A stretch of DNA of 64,000 nucleotides, from the IMG/VR virus record IMGVR_UViG_3300035689_000004, positions 28,547 to 92,546 of that record. One strand, given 5' to 3'. This stretch comes from a virus. The position numbers and the translations under genes were made by a program. Below, one piece after another: positions 18,391 to 28,900 of this stretch. Numbering within the stretch: position 1 is the stretch's first letter; each line of letters begins with the position of its first letter. The notes beneath the pieces are model-generated. The model saw only the letters and a program-made list of their open reading frames with translations. It made no database searches and was not told the DNA's origin.

Positions 18391-19877
18391 AATTTATCGG
18401 TGATTGGCAACCCTCTGACGCCCACGCGATCGCGCTACAGCTGCGTAAATCCTTGAGCGTTGACGCCGGCGGTGGTGCTGAAATAACGGTGCAGCAGCTA
18501 GACGATAACCCGATCCAGCAAATGCTTAGCCAACGGCAAAAGCGATTGCTGGACCTGCTGCGGGAGGCGGGTAGCAAAACCTTCAGTGAAGCGCCCCTGG
18601 CCAAGGCACTATGGACCGATGACCATACCTGCACCCCTGGTTGCCGCCATGATTGGCTGGAGGACTATAGCCTAGGTGCCCTGACCAAGGCGGTGAGCCG
18701 GGGAGCGCTCAAGCGCGATGCCCAGGGACGCGCCTATGTGTTTAATGCCAATAACCGCTGGCAGCGCTACAATGCCACGCCGCCCCCGCCTGGTGACTAT
18801 CGTTTCCCCCTAGGCGATGGTGACTATGGCCGGGGTGTTTATCTTCCTATCCTCGATACGCCCCAGGGCTACGCCAAGCTACGGGTACGGCTCAACCTAT
18901 CGCCCGCTCAACTGATCAGCGACGATGAGTTCTATGCCATCGAAGACAATTTCGCCATGGACCTGACCACCGCCCTCGATCGCCAGGGCGTTCGGGGTGT
19001 GGTGCAGACCGAAGGCGATCGCGTGTCGTTGTTATTCCTACGCTCCCCCGCCGACATCGAAGTGCTCGGGCTAATTGCTGACTCCGGCATCGTTCCCTCT
19101 GGGCCCGACTTTAGCTATCGCCTATCCTCCTTTGTCGCCAATGACGACCATTGGACGCTGGATCTAGAGCTATCCCCCGCCGGTGATCCACCCTCCCCCC
19201 AGGCGCTTGTCAAGGCGGCTAAGGTTACCCTATTTCCCGATACGCCCCTAGCCACCGCCACCACCAGCCGCGCTCGGGGGTTGCTTAGCCGTCGCCTGCT
19301 GCGGGATGCCTGCGATCGCCTCCGCGCAGACGGGCTAATGGGCTACTGCACCATTCAACTGATTGATAGCGCCCCCGACTGGCTACCCCGCCATTGCAAA
19401 GCCTTTTGTCACCCCTCCACCGGCGTTATCTACCTGGTAGACCACGACCCCGCTGATGCTTTAATGGACCGGCTATTGATGCTTAGCCGTCAGCTAGAGG
19501 ATGCCGCTAGCGATGGCATCATCACCTATGCCCAGGCGATGGATACCCTCCAGGCAGGGCTAAAGCTGACCAGTCAATGCTGGCTAGAATGCCTCCTGCG
19601 GCGGTTTATCGGAGCGTGCTTGATCGCTAGTCGCCATGACCTATCAACCAGCGCTGACTACGGCCCCTGGCAGGGCTACCTATCCTTGCAAGCCGCTCGC
19701 GGGATTCAGTACTGGGGCGATCGCACCGCGATCGTTCGGTGCATGGCCGAAGACTATCGCTGTTGCTTTGAACCAACGGGACTACCTAACGAGGTGACGA
19801 TGATTTGGGATATGGTGACGCCTGCGATCGCCAGGATGGCGCAACAACAATTGATGGAGGTATTGAGTAATGCCTAA
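18381..19877 (+). CDS. Putative head-associated / internal protein
   Basis: Directly after portal; four L-x-K-[AS] sites and the shared Y..N.N.RW.R module. Confidence 0.55.
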   Translation: MELEFIGDWQPSDAHAIALQLRKSLSVDAGGGAEITVQQLDDNPIQQMLSQRQKRLLDLLREAGSKTFSEAPLAKALWTDDHTCTPGCRHDWLEDYSLGALTKAVSRGALKRDAQGRAYVFNANNRWQRYNATPPPPGDYRFPLGDGDYGRGVYLPILDTPQGYAKLRVRLNLSPAQLISDDEFYAIEDNFAMDLTTALDRQGVRGVVQTEGDRVSLLFLRSPADIEVLGLIADSGIVPSGPDFSYRLSSFVANDDHWTLDLELSPAGDPPSPQALVKAAKVTLFPDTPLATATTSRARGLLSRRLLRDACDRLRADGLMGYCTIQLIDSAPDWLPRHCKAFCHPSTGVIYLVDHDPADALMDRLLMLSRQLEDAASDGIITYAQAMDTLQAGLKLTSQCWLECLLRRFIGACLIASRHDLSTSADYGPWQGYLSLQAARGIQYWGDRTAIVRCMAEDYRCCFEPTGLPNEVTMIWDMVTPAIARMAQQQLMEVLSNA

Positions 19878-19985
19878 CTGCTCTCCCCGCAACTATTCAA
19901 CACCGCCAACCCTCTGTGTAGTGGAGGTTGTCGGTTTGAGTGTTGGCAAATGGCCTAAATTTGGACTAAATGGAGGGCTGGAGTA

Positions 19986-21548
19986 GTGCCTACAGCGTAT
20001 CTGTCCCCCTCGCAACTCAAGGAACTGACCGACGTATCAGTGAACCCTGGCTCTGGCCAGAATGGTTACCCTTTAGTCTGGAACAATACTACGGGCAAAT
20101 GGGAAGCCTCTAACGCCTTCACCGGCACTTTAACCGGTAGTGCCACCAGCCTAACTACAGGCAGAACCATCAGCGCTACAGGGGATGTGGCGTGGACCTC
20201 AAGCGCTTTTGACGGAACCGGCAATGTAACTGGCACTGCTACCCTAGCTAACTCAGGGGTGACCGCTGGCAGCTATACCAATAGCTCTGTCACCGTTGAC
20301 GCCAAGGGCAGGGTAACCGCCGCCTCAAGTGGCACTGCACCGGTAACCAGTTTCTCTGGTGGGACTACAGGCTTAACCCCTGCCTCTGCTACGTCTGGCG
20401 CAGTCACGCTAGCAGGAACGCTAGGGTTGGGCAATGGCGGGACCAACGCAACTACCGACACAGCCGCTAGGGCAAATCTGAAAATCCCTGAATATACCAT
20501 TTCCCGTGGTCAAAACCTTGTATCTAACGGGTTTGCCACGATGGGGACGAATTATAATTTTTCACAATTTACTTTTAATGGTGCTGATACTTACTTTAGC
20601 GGAGGTAGTTTCAGGGCAACGGGCGTTGATGATTATGGAATTACCCTGATTAGCGACGAATTTATGCCGGTCGATATAACAAAAACCTATATTTTAAGTG
20701 TTGCAGCAAAACAAACTGGTCAATCTTACATACTGTTTGGATTACGTTTTTATGACGTCGATAAAAACCATATAGAGCCTAGACATTACCAATACATTCC
20801 AAACACAATAACGACCCTTGCAACAAACTTAAATCCAGGTGATGCGGTAATAAATCTAACAAGTGGTACAAATTGGCTGCCGAATGGTGGTGGACCTATT
20901 CCAGTATGGCAACGCTCTATAATTTTTTGGAATTATCAAAACTCTTTCGGCGGTTCTTATCCTTTTTCTATTAATCCCTATAGCAGAAATTTTTATTACA
21001 ATGTTTGGAACAATGGCGGCATTGTCGGTAATACCATTACTCTTAACATGCAGGGAGGGTGGCCAGGACCTTTCTATCCAGCCGGAACTCCTTGTTCAAA
21101 CGGAGACATTAACGTTAACAATACTGATAAACATATAGCTCTTCATACTGGACTTGGGTCTGTAGTTAATAATGCGTTTTCGGTCCATTCTGGCAAAATC
21201 AGCCAAGTTGCTTTAACTGGCATTGATCAGCCAAATAATTTTCCTCCGGGGACAGCTTATTGCAAATTAGTAGCGTATATTTTCGGATCTTCACTTATTG
21301 ATTTTTCCTCTATTTCCTTTAGCGAAGATTACAGCTCTTTGCCCCGCTACACTCCCACTAGCAACGCCGACAGCACTAATACCACTTCAGGCTCAATTGT
21401 GACTCCAGGCGGGGTGGGAATAGCAAAATCATTGATTGTCGGTGGTTCAAGGGTGAATCTAGCTAATTTGCCTACTTCACTTAATTCAACAGTAGCAATT
21501 GGAGACCTCTGGCGAGATGGAGACGTTATTAAGGTGAGAACTTCTTAA
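19986..21548 (+). CDS. Tail fibre / receptor-binding protein
   Basis: LTDV...LVWNNTTGKW, FDGTGNV, GVTAGSYT..VTVDAKGRVT fibre repeats; AT-rich C-terminal domain. Confidence 0.8.
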   Translation: MPTAYLSPSQLKELTDVSVNPGSGQNGYPLVWNNTTGKWEASNAFTGTLTGSATSLTTGRTISATGDVAWTSSAFDGTGNVTGTATLANSGVTAGSYTNSSVTVDAKGRVTAASSGTAPVTSFSGGTTGLTPASATSGAVTLAGTLGLGNGGTNATTDTAARANLKIPEYTISRGQNLVSNGFATMGTNYNFSQFTFNGADTYFSGGSFRATGVDDYGITLISDEFMPVDITKTYILSVAAKQTGQSYILFGLRFYDVDKNHIEPRHYQYIPNTITTLATNLNPGDAVINLTSGTNWLPNGGGPIPVWQRSIIFWNYQNSFGGSYPFSINPYSRNFYYNVWNNGGIVGNTITLNMQGGWPGPFYPAGTPCSNGDINVNNTDKHIALHTGLGSVVNNAFSVHSGKISQVALTGIDQPNNFPPGTAYCKLVAYIFGSSLIDFSSISFSEDYSSLPRYTPTSNADSTNTTSGSIVTPGGVGIAKSLIVGGSRVNLANLPTSLNSTVAIGDLWRDGDVIKVRTS

Positions 21549-21549
21549 T

Positions 21550-21858
21550 ATGGAACAACTATCCCGATTTCAAGCTGATCTTACCCCCTCAGGCGCTATC
21601 TCCATGCAGGCGTACTGGTGCCGTGTGGCTACCATCGAGGGTGAGCCGCCGATTGTCGGCCCGTTGCAACAGGGGTTTGATCGCAACTATCCTTCTTTAG
21701 ATGCCGCCGATCAAGCTGCTCTGGCGTTCCCTGACTTTGCTGAGCTAGCTGAGCAATTTCAGAGCCAGCCGTTTACGGCTTTTTGTGCCCTGCTAGAGGC
21801 GATTAAGAATTATCAGCCAGTACTCGAATTGCCTGAATTGCCTGAAGGTGAGCCATGA
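21550..21858 (+). CDS. Hypothetical protein (possible fibre chaperone)
   Basis: Immediately follows the fibre gene. Confidence 0.5.
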   Translation: MEQLSRFQADLTPSGAISMQAYWCRVATIEGEPPIVGPLQQGFDRNYPSLDAADQAALAFPDFAELAEQFQSQPFTAFCALLEAIKNYQPVLELPELPEGEP

Positions 21859-22604
21859 CCCAAGTCCTCCCCGCCGCCCTTGTCGCCCCCACCCGAGCTG
21901 GCCAAAGCGTTGGCTACCAAATCCGTGCGGTCGATGGCACGACCATTGCCACAGCCTTTACCACCACAGGGGTAACGGAGGTTTCTGCTACTGGCTATTA
22001 CCGTGTGAATGGTGGTATAAGCGCCCCTGACGATGGAGGGACGCTGGAGTGGTACTTGAATAATGCAGGAGCGGCAGGGGCGTTCCTCAGTGCCGTAGCG
22101 ATTGAGCCCGCGCCCAACCAAGCAGACCAAGCGGCAGTCATCCGCGCCGCCCTGGGGCTGGCTAGCGCCAATCTGGATAGCCAGCTATCGGCCATTAACA
22201 GCAAGACCACGAACCTGCCAGCAGCCCCCGCAGCCGTTGGCGATATTCCCACGACTAGCCAGATCTGGACCCATGCCACTAGGGCACTGACAGACAAAGA
22301 TAATTTCAATCTTGCCAGCTCCCAAACCTTCAGCACAACCGGATCGGTCGGTAGCGTAACCGGAGCGGTAACTGTTGGCACGCTGAATAGCAACGTGATC
22401 ACTGCTGGCTCTATTGCCACTGACGCCATTACCGCCGCTAAGATTGCCGACAATGCTATTGACGCCGCCGCCATTGCTACCGATGCAGTAATCGAGATCC
22501 AGGCAGGCTTAGCGACTCAGGCTAGCGTAGACACCAAGGCCAGTCAGGCCAGCGTGGATACACTCAACGCCAAGGCTGATGACATTACGGCATTGGTGCT
22601 ATAG
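21855..22604 (+). CDS. Ala/Thr-rich structural (fibre-like) protein
   Basis: AITAAKIADNAIDAAAIATDA pentapeptide-like repeats, TGSVGSVTGAV. Confidence 0.6.
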   Translation: MTQVLPAALVAPTRAGQSVGYQIRAVDGTTIATAFTTTGVTEVSATGYYRVNGGISAPDDGGTLEWYLNNAGAAGAFLSAVAIEPAPNQADQAAVIRAALGLASANLDSQLSAINSKTTNLPAAPAAVGDIPTTSQIWTHATRALTDKDNFNLASSQTFSTTGSVGSVTGAVTVGTLNSNVITAGSIATDAITAAKIADNAIDAAAIATDAVIEIQAGLATQASVDTKASQASVDTLNAKADDITALVL

Positions 22605-22612
22605 GAGGAGCT

Positions 22613-23011
22613 ATGGGCGTTATCTACCTGCCAGTTTCACTACTCCCCGACCTTGGCGATGCGGTCACCACCGCCACCGCCAGCATCAGCCTATCGGCGC
22701 TCAGGGCGGTAATCCTCGACAATGCAGGCCAGTTTGCCTATGCAGACAGCAGCACCCCCAGCCATGCCTACCGAGTTGCTGGTATTCTGCCCTATGCGAT
22801 CAGCCAAGGGGCTGAAGGCGTAGCCTACCGGCTAGGGGAAATTAGCGATGCGGTGTGGAACTGGACCCGTGGCAGCCCCATTTACCTGGGCACCAATGGC
22901 CAGCTTACCCAGTCGCCACCCACCACGGGCTTTTTGCTAGTGCTGGGCCAGCCAGTGTCAGCCACGACGATCAACCTTCAACCACCTTCTCCCATATTTT
23001 TAGGAGTTTAA
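22613..23011 (+). CDS. Putative capsid fibre / decoration protein
   Basis: WNWTRGSPIYLGTNGQLTQSPPTTG pattern. Confidence 0.5.
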   Translation: MGVIYLPVSLLPDLGDAVTTATASISLSALRAVILDNAGQFAYADSSTPSHAYRVAGILPYAISQGAEGVAYRLGEISDAVWNWTRGSPIYLGTNGQLTQSPPTTGFLLVLGQPVSATTINLQPPSPIFLGV

Positions 23012-23015
23012 ATCC

Positions 23016-23534
23016 ATGACCACGAAAAAGTTTTTAACCGTTGTAAGCGGCACCCCTACCTTGACTGAGGCGCCTAGCAGCAGTGCTGGAGCGGGCGATG
23101 CCAACAAGCTGATCGCTACCAATAGCTCAGGCTTGTTGGATACCACCTTCCTGCCACCTGGCGTTGAGTTGCAAACAGTGCTTTTGCCGACCAGCGAAAA
23201 CCTGACCGCTGGCGACTTTGTGAACATCTTTGACAACTCCGGCGCTCCAACCGCCCGCAAGGCGGATGCAAGCAACAACCGCCCTGCCATTGGCTATGTG
23301 TTGACGGGGGTGACCTCTCCCGCTAATGCCACCGTGTACCTATCTGGGCGCAATACCGCCGTCACCGGCGCTACGGTGGGCACGGTGTACCTAAGTGCTA
23401 CTGCTGCGGGTGGCTTTTCGTCCACCGCTCCCGCCACCCCAGGCGCGAACGTCATTCTACAGCGGCTTGGCAATGCGATTTCAGGCACGTCAATTGTGTT
23501 TGAAAATGACCCACCCATCGCCCTGACGGTATAG
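23016..23534 (+). CDS. Putative capsid fibre / decoration protein
   Basis: SSAGAGDANKLIAT, ENLTAGDFVNI, RKADA, YLSATAAG patterns. Confidence 0.55.
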   Translation: MTTKKFLTVVSGTPTLTEAPSSSAGAGDANKLIATNSSGLLDTTFLPPGVELQTVLLPTSENLTAGDFVNIFDNSGAPTARKADASNNRPAIGYVLTGVTSPANATVYLSGRNTAVTGATVGTVYLSATAAGGFSSTAPATPGANVILQRLGNAISGTSIVFENDPPIALTV

Positions 23535-23538
23535 CGCC

Positions 23539-23838
23539 ATGACTAAAGCAGTCCAGCTCAGCAGTTCAGGCAACCTGGAGACCACCAATATTTTGCCGTT
23601 GGTCTCCTTGCGGCCTGAACCGTTCTACAAAGCCATCACCCGCACCAATGGCGCCATTACGCAAATCAGCATTTACGTCAGCAATGGAGGGGCGGAGCTG
23701 TACCGCAAAACCATCACCCGCACCAATGGCGCTATTACCAGCGTCACCGAGACCGACTACACCCGCAGCCCTGCGGTAACCCGCACCAAAACCATCACCC
23801 GCACCGATGGCGCGATCGCCGCCATAGGAGTCGCCTAA
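23539..23838 (+). CDS. Small beta-repeat structural protein
   Basis: K[AT]ITRT[ND]GAI repeated three times. Confidence 0.6.
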   Translation: MTKAVQLSSSGNLETTNILPLVSLRPEPFYKAITRTNGAITQISIYVSNGGAELYRKTITRTNGAITSVTETDYTRSPAVTRTKTITRTDGAIAAIGVA

Positions 23839-23911
23839 TGCCCCAAACCATCACCCGCACCGATGGCGCGATCGCCGCCATAGGAGTCGCCTGATGACCC
23901 AAACCATCACC
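23789..23911 (+). repeat. 56-bp tandem duplication creating an 18-aa mini-ORF (23838..23894)
   Basis: Identical 48-mers at 23789-23836 and 23845-23892, third partial copy AAACCATCACC at 23901. Confidence 0.9.
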
Positions 23912-24394
23912 AGCATCGCTAGCCTAGGCTCTCGCTACACAGCGGGCATCCAATATCGCCTATTTGATGGCACTACCCTGGGTAGCCTCACCAATGGCAC
24001 CCACCTGGGCGATGGCATTTGGCGGGCCGCAGTAGAGCTGCCAGATACTGGGGGCGAGGTGCGGTGGTTTGCCAATGCTGGGGCAAGGTTACTGGGAGTT
24101 GACGTGGTGGATGCGGCGCCATCCGTCAGTGTCGGTGAAAACATTGCCCAGTCAATCTGGACCTACAGCCAAGGCGATCGCTCCCTTTCTGGCAGTCAAG
24201 CCACCCTGTTCTCTAACCTTTTATCCCTGGTGCAGGCCTTCACCCTGGGGCGCCACCGCATCGACTTTGCTGCTAGTACAACCACCCAGTACAACATAGA
24301 TGGCACCGTGCGACAGGTATTCAACCTCAGGGACAAGGACGGCAACCCCGCCACCAATGCTCAGACCGCCGTTGATCGGGTGCCCCAACCATGA
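23894..24394 (+). CDS. Putative structural protein
   Basis: TGATG coupling; QVFNLRDKDGNP C-terminus. Confidence 0.55.
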   Translation: MTQTITSIASLGSRYTAGIQYRLFDGTTLGSLTNGTHLGDGIWRAAVELPDTGGEVRWFANAGARLLGVDVVDAAPSVSVGENIAQSIWTYSQGDRSLSGSQATLFSNLLSLVQAFTLGRHRIDFAASTTTQYNIDGTVRQVFNLRDKDGNPATNAQTAVDRVPQP

Positions 24395-24436
24395 GCCATT
24401 TTCCCGACGCCAGCAAAAAGGTAGGGAGCTAACCCC

Positions 24437-24631
24437 ATGCTCTACCCCCTTGGACTGACCGGCACCCTTTATCCCCTCGGGCTACACCCTGGCTTGGTAG
24501 CCATACTGATCAAATTTTGCTTAAACCGCCTAGCGATCGCGCCATCGCCCGTTTTTGCCCTTGCCTTGATGCCATCGCCGGTCCTCGATCTAGTCCTGGA
24601 GCAATGCGACCATGCTGTTGATACCTACTGA
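24437..24631 (+). CDS. Small hypothetical protein
   Basis: LYPLGL repeated; GGGAG RBS. Confidence 0.45.
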   Translation: MLYPLGLTGTLYPLGLHPGLVAILIKFCLNRLAIAPSPVFALALMPSPVLDLVLEQCDHAVDTY

Positions 24632-25067
24632 TAGCGCCTTGGACCTGTCGAGCGATCGCTTGTACATCGGCGATACCTTCACTCTTAGCTTTAGCTTATC
24701 GGTGGAGAGCATGGAGGCCAGCTTTCGCCCCAACCTAAGCCAGGTCAACCTTCGCATGATCGGCAAGCGTAACCCAGGCGACCCGGACGAAAAAGCATTA
24801 TTTGATAGCGCCCGGGCGACTAATCCCTATTGCACGATCGCCACCGATCCACCGGTGGGCACCACCTTGAGCGGACGCATCACCATCAACGGCGCGGCAA
24901 CTGCCAAGCTAAAAACCTTCAAGCCCCAGCCAGAACTAGCTAGCTCCACAACCCAGCAAGCGGTGCTGTACTTTGCCCTGACCGCCCTCTACCAAGGTGA
25001 GAGTCGCCGTAAGGTATTGGCGACCGGTGAAATTACCCTACGCCGCGATCGCATCGAGGACCCTTGA
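24612..25067 (+). CDS. BppU-like Ig-fold structural protein
   Basis: LYIGDTFTLSF...GRITI...LYF...VLATGEITL pattern. Confidence 0.45.
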   Translation: MLLIPTDSALDLSSDRLYIGDTFTLSFSLSVESMEASFRPNLSQVNLRMIGKRNPGDPDEKALFDSARATNPYCTIATDPPVGTTLSGRITINGAATAKLKTFKPQPELASSTTQQAVLYFALTALYQGESRRKVLATGEITLRRDRIEDP

Positions 25068-25789
25068 TCTATTACCGTTTCTATGGATGCTTGTACGAGC
25101 ACCGGGGAGATCGCCTGTGCAAGGTAGCGGTCGGCACGATGCAGACCCGTAATGGCATCCAGTACCAGCTAAACCAAAACCATCGCTGGCAACGGGTCAA
25201 GGATTTTGCTGTCCATGAGGGCGATGAGGTAGGGCGTAACGTAGCGGCATGGAAGGCAGGCAAGGTGATTGGCGGAGCGGTCGCTAACCACGCGATCGCC
25301 ATGGGTGCTGACCCGATGGCGGCTCAGTTAATTTCAGAAACCGTGGTGCAGGCGGGTACGGCAACGGCACTATGGGCCGCCCAGCAAGCGCGTAAGGGCA
25401 CCCTTACCGCCGAAGGGTTAGCGGCTTACTTTATCCAACAATCAGCGGCGGCAGCCCTGGGCAAGATGGCCCACCACGAGGCAGAGCATTGGTTGCATAC
25501 CTACAACGCCCAGGCGATCGCCCAGCAGGTAGGGCCAATCTTGGCGGGCAAGGGGGCGGGGCTAGGAACAGTTGTGACGACCGCTAAGACTAAAGCCCAT
25601 ACCGCGTTGGTAGACTGGGTGGTTAGCCGCAGCAAGCATGATCTAGCGATGCTGGGCAAGGTGTTTGGCCATGACCTAGCCAAGGCGGCTGACCCGCAGG
25701 CGATCGCATTGTTGTGGCAATTGCACCAAGCAGGTATTGCCATGGCCGCTATGCAGTTGAGGTATGCCCATGATGAACATCAGCCCTGA
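25064..25789 (+). CDS. Putative internal head (ejected) protein with Ala/Gly-rich hydrophobic helices
   Basis: N-terminal YRFYGCLY tag, LCKV, GTMQTRNGIQYQLNQNHRWQR module, LAKA near C-terminus. Confidence 0.55.
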   Translation: MIYYRFYGCLYEHRGDRLCKVAVGTMQTRNGIQYQLNQNHRWQRVKDFAVHEGDEVGRNVAAWKAGKVIGGAVANHAIAMGADPMAAQLISETVVQAGTATALWAAQQARKGTLTAEGLAAYFIQQSAAAALGKMAHHEAEHWLHTYNAQAIAQQVGPILAGKGAGLGTVVTTAKTKAHTALVDWVVSRSKHDLAMLGKVFGHDLAKAADPQAIALLWQLHQAGIAMAAMQLRYAHDEHQP

Positions 25790-25919
25790 ACGCGCCGAAC
25801 TATTGAAGCTAAAGGAAATGAGCGATGAGGAACGGCTTAGCTACCTGCTAGCCCGCCACGCGCTTATCCCCCTTGGCAGCCCACTGCCGCCTATCCATCA
25901 AGTGCTATGCGAACCCTAA
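25770..25919 (+). CDS. 49-aa hypothetical protein (not in track)
   Basis: GAGG RBS; fills the gap between two genes, overlapping both. Confidence 0.4.
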   Translation: MMNISPERAELLKLKEMSDEERLSYLLARHALIPLGSPLPPIHQVLCEP

Positions 25920-28900
25920 CGCCAAAGTCAAAGCCCACGCCATTGCGCCCCAAGGGTGTCTTTGAACTGGAAATCCAGCCCGGCGATCGCCTGTACTTTG
26001 TCGGCAATGACTGTGAATTGTACCGGGGCGAACAATGCCTAGGGCGCTACGGCTACCACTGGGAGGATGACCTAGCCAAAGCGGTACAACGCACCCAGCT
26101 AGCTCTGGTGGAGGGCGAAGAGAAGCCGGTTAAGGGTCCTAATGTCACCAGCATGAAGCCGGAGGCCAAGGCACCCAAGGCACCGAAGGCACCGCCTAAG
26201 CCCGAGGAACAACCGCAGACCGGCGAGCGGTGGATCACCCTCCACCCCAACAAGGAAAACCCGGACTCCTACGTCAGGGTGAAGATCCGGCAGCACCCGG
26301 ACGGCACCGCCAGTGTGATTGCAGGCGCTAAAGGCAAGCTGAACCAATTGCGCCTGACCAAGCTACGCAGCCCGGAAGAATGGAAGGAACGCGCCGCAGA
26401 ACGCAAACAGAAACGACAGGAGAAGGAAGCAAAACGTCGGGCGGAGTTAAGCGAAGGCGATCGCCAAGCGGAGGACGACGAAACCACCCAAGCCCGGGAG
26501 TACCACCGGGGCGAACGGCACCGTAACGCCAAGGCTACCCTAGACGCCTACCAAGAGGCAGGGCTAGACCACGGGCTAACGCCAGACCACCTAGCCGCCC
26601 TTGATACCCCCGCTGGTGCTGACACCGACCCGGAGGAAGCCAAGCAAGTCGAAGCCCTAGCCAGAGAAGCGGTGCAAAAGGCAGCCGCCATCCAAAAAGC
26701 TTATGAACAACGCCTTGTCCAGGACCATGACGCCCGGGCCGCCGCTAAGCTAGGTGATGAATCCCTAGAGGGGCTAGGCAACCCCCTGCAGCAGGATATT
26801 GACCACACCGCCTATGGCGCCGACGGTGACGCCATTTCTAACCTCATCCAACTGCCCAATGGGCAATGGCTGGTTACCGCTGACGATAAGGCAGATGCTA
26901 CCTTTGACACCTGGCAGGAGGCGGCTAAGTATCACCTGGGTAATGTCAACGAGTACGACGGCACCGCCGGCGATCGCAGCCAGCCCGACGACTTTTATAA
27001 CCCCAAGCTATGGGTGGCCAACCCAGATGGCGTTGATTTTTCTCCCCAACTAGCTGGGCAGATGGCAGCCCTGGCCCTGCAGCGCAAAGAGATTGATCGC
27101 TCTGATAAGGCAGCGGGTAAGGCTATCAAAAAGAAAATGCCATGGAAGCGAGAACAGGGGTTTGACATTGGCGGGGTTAGTGGCATTGACGACCAAGCCG
27201 CGATCGCGCAACTGGACCAGGATGCCAAAACCATCGAGGATGCCATCACCCACGGCAAGCTGCTGGATATGGCGGGGCTGTTGGACCCGCAAGCGATGGC
27301 CAAACACCTGCAGACCGGTGGCATCGCCCAGTTGGGGGAAATTGCCTCTGACGTGCTCAAAGTTGCCCAGGTTGATCCGGCAATCATCGCCCAGATGGGC
27401 CACGATGAAGCGGCCAAGCTGATTGCCTACCAGATCCGTCAGGCGGTGGGGGATAGGGAGTATCAGGCGATCGCGGCAGCCCAGGCGGCCCACCATGGCC
27501 AATGGTCCACCGAGTACGCTAACCAAGTGATTGCCGAAAACCAACCCCGCCTGGACGCCCTGCGCGACATCCACCGCCGTATGCAGGAGATCGAAGCGGC
27601 CAAGGATGGTGACTATACCGCCAACCAACTCATTGAACTAGATACCCTCTCCTACCAGTCGGAGACATTGCAAGCGTCATTGCAGCAGTCCATCGGCACC
27701 GCCCTGGGGCAATTGCAGGCTAGTGCGGCGATGACCCTAGCGTTAGAGTCCAAACCCCGTAGCCTACGCTTTGCCGTCAAGGGTAGCCATGGCGAGGTGG
27801 CCGACGTGCCCGGGCTATTGTCTACCGATGGCAGCCCATCAATCTGGAGCAGCTACGGACTAACCGCTGAAGACTTTAGCCTGGAGGATGGCCCGGATGG
27901 GCAGTTGGTATCTATCCAGCCCAGCGGCATGGAAAAGCTTGCCAGCGCCACCTATAACCCGGAGGACCGGGACGCCTACGAGGAGGCGATCGCCATCAAG
28001 CGCGGTGCCTACGATGAGGACGGGTTCACCCCCGCTGGATTTGCCTATCGGCCTGAGTCCACCTTTACCGATGTGCGGGCGGAAGCCCAGCAGTTTGATA
28101 CCACGTTTAACTACCAGCCGGAGATGGATGATGCTGAGGTGCTGCAGGCGGTTAAAGCTTATCTGGGCGCCCGGGTAGCCAATGGCGAAGATCCAGCAAG
28201 TGTCAGAAATGACCTGTTCTCCCATCAGCTCTATTTCAACCTAGGGTTGCTTGAACACGCAGACCGCATCAAGGGGCTTTTGCTTAAGTTTGAAAAAGAA
28301 AAGTATGGCGATAAGGTCTATCCAGGCGCCAAACAAATCCGCAACGACTACCAGGAAATTGCAAACGAAGAGGCCGCCCGACTTAGGGGCACCCAGGCGG
28401 TAGAGTCACCTGAAGTACTGCACAGCCAAAACCTGGACGCTGATAGCGCCAAGGAGGCCGCCCACCGCACCCTGGCCGCCATGCCCATGGCGAGGGCTGC
28501 CCTCAAGCCATTGGACCAGCTATCCTCCAAAGAACGTAAGTACCTGCGCGACTACGCGATCGCGGAGGTGATGAACGAAACCCTAGAAGCACCGGCGCGA
28601 TCGACACAGCCCGCCGCCCAGGAGGAAGCGCCTGAGATGGGGGCATTGTTCGACCTATCTGCCTTCGGTTCCCCTGAAGAAGAGTCCAACGACCCGGACG
28701 ATCGCCCCATCAGCCTATTTGAGGACGAGAACGACGATCGCCCATTTGAATCCCTTACCCAGTGGCAAAAGTTTTGCCGCATCGTTGGCGGTGAGCATAA
28801 AGCCTATGAAGCACTCCAGGACCGCATTAAGGGTAATTTCTACAGTCGTTTTGCTGGCGCCTATTCATCATTGCAGGGCAAGCCACTAAAGACTGGACTG

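Noticed and set aside
19870-19986. 38-aa ORF / imperfect hairpin before the fibre gene as a frameshift or attenuator element
   Set aside because: The hairpin is imperfect and no slippery sequence is evident; cannot be supported from sequence alone
19986-25067. Diversity-generating retroelement or invertible fibre cassette
   Set aside because: No reverse transcriptase, no template/variable repeat pair differing at adenines, and no invertase or inverted sites near the fibre
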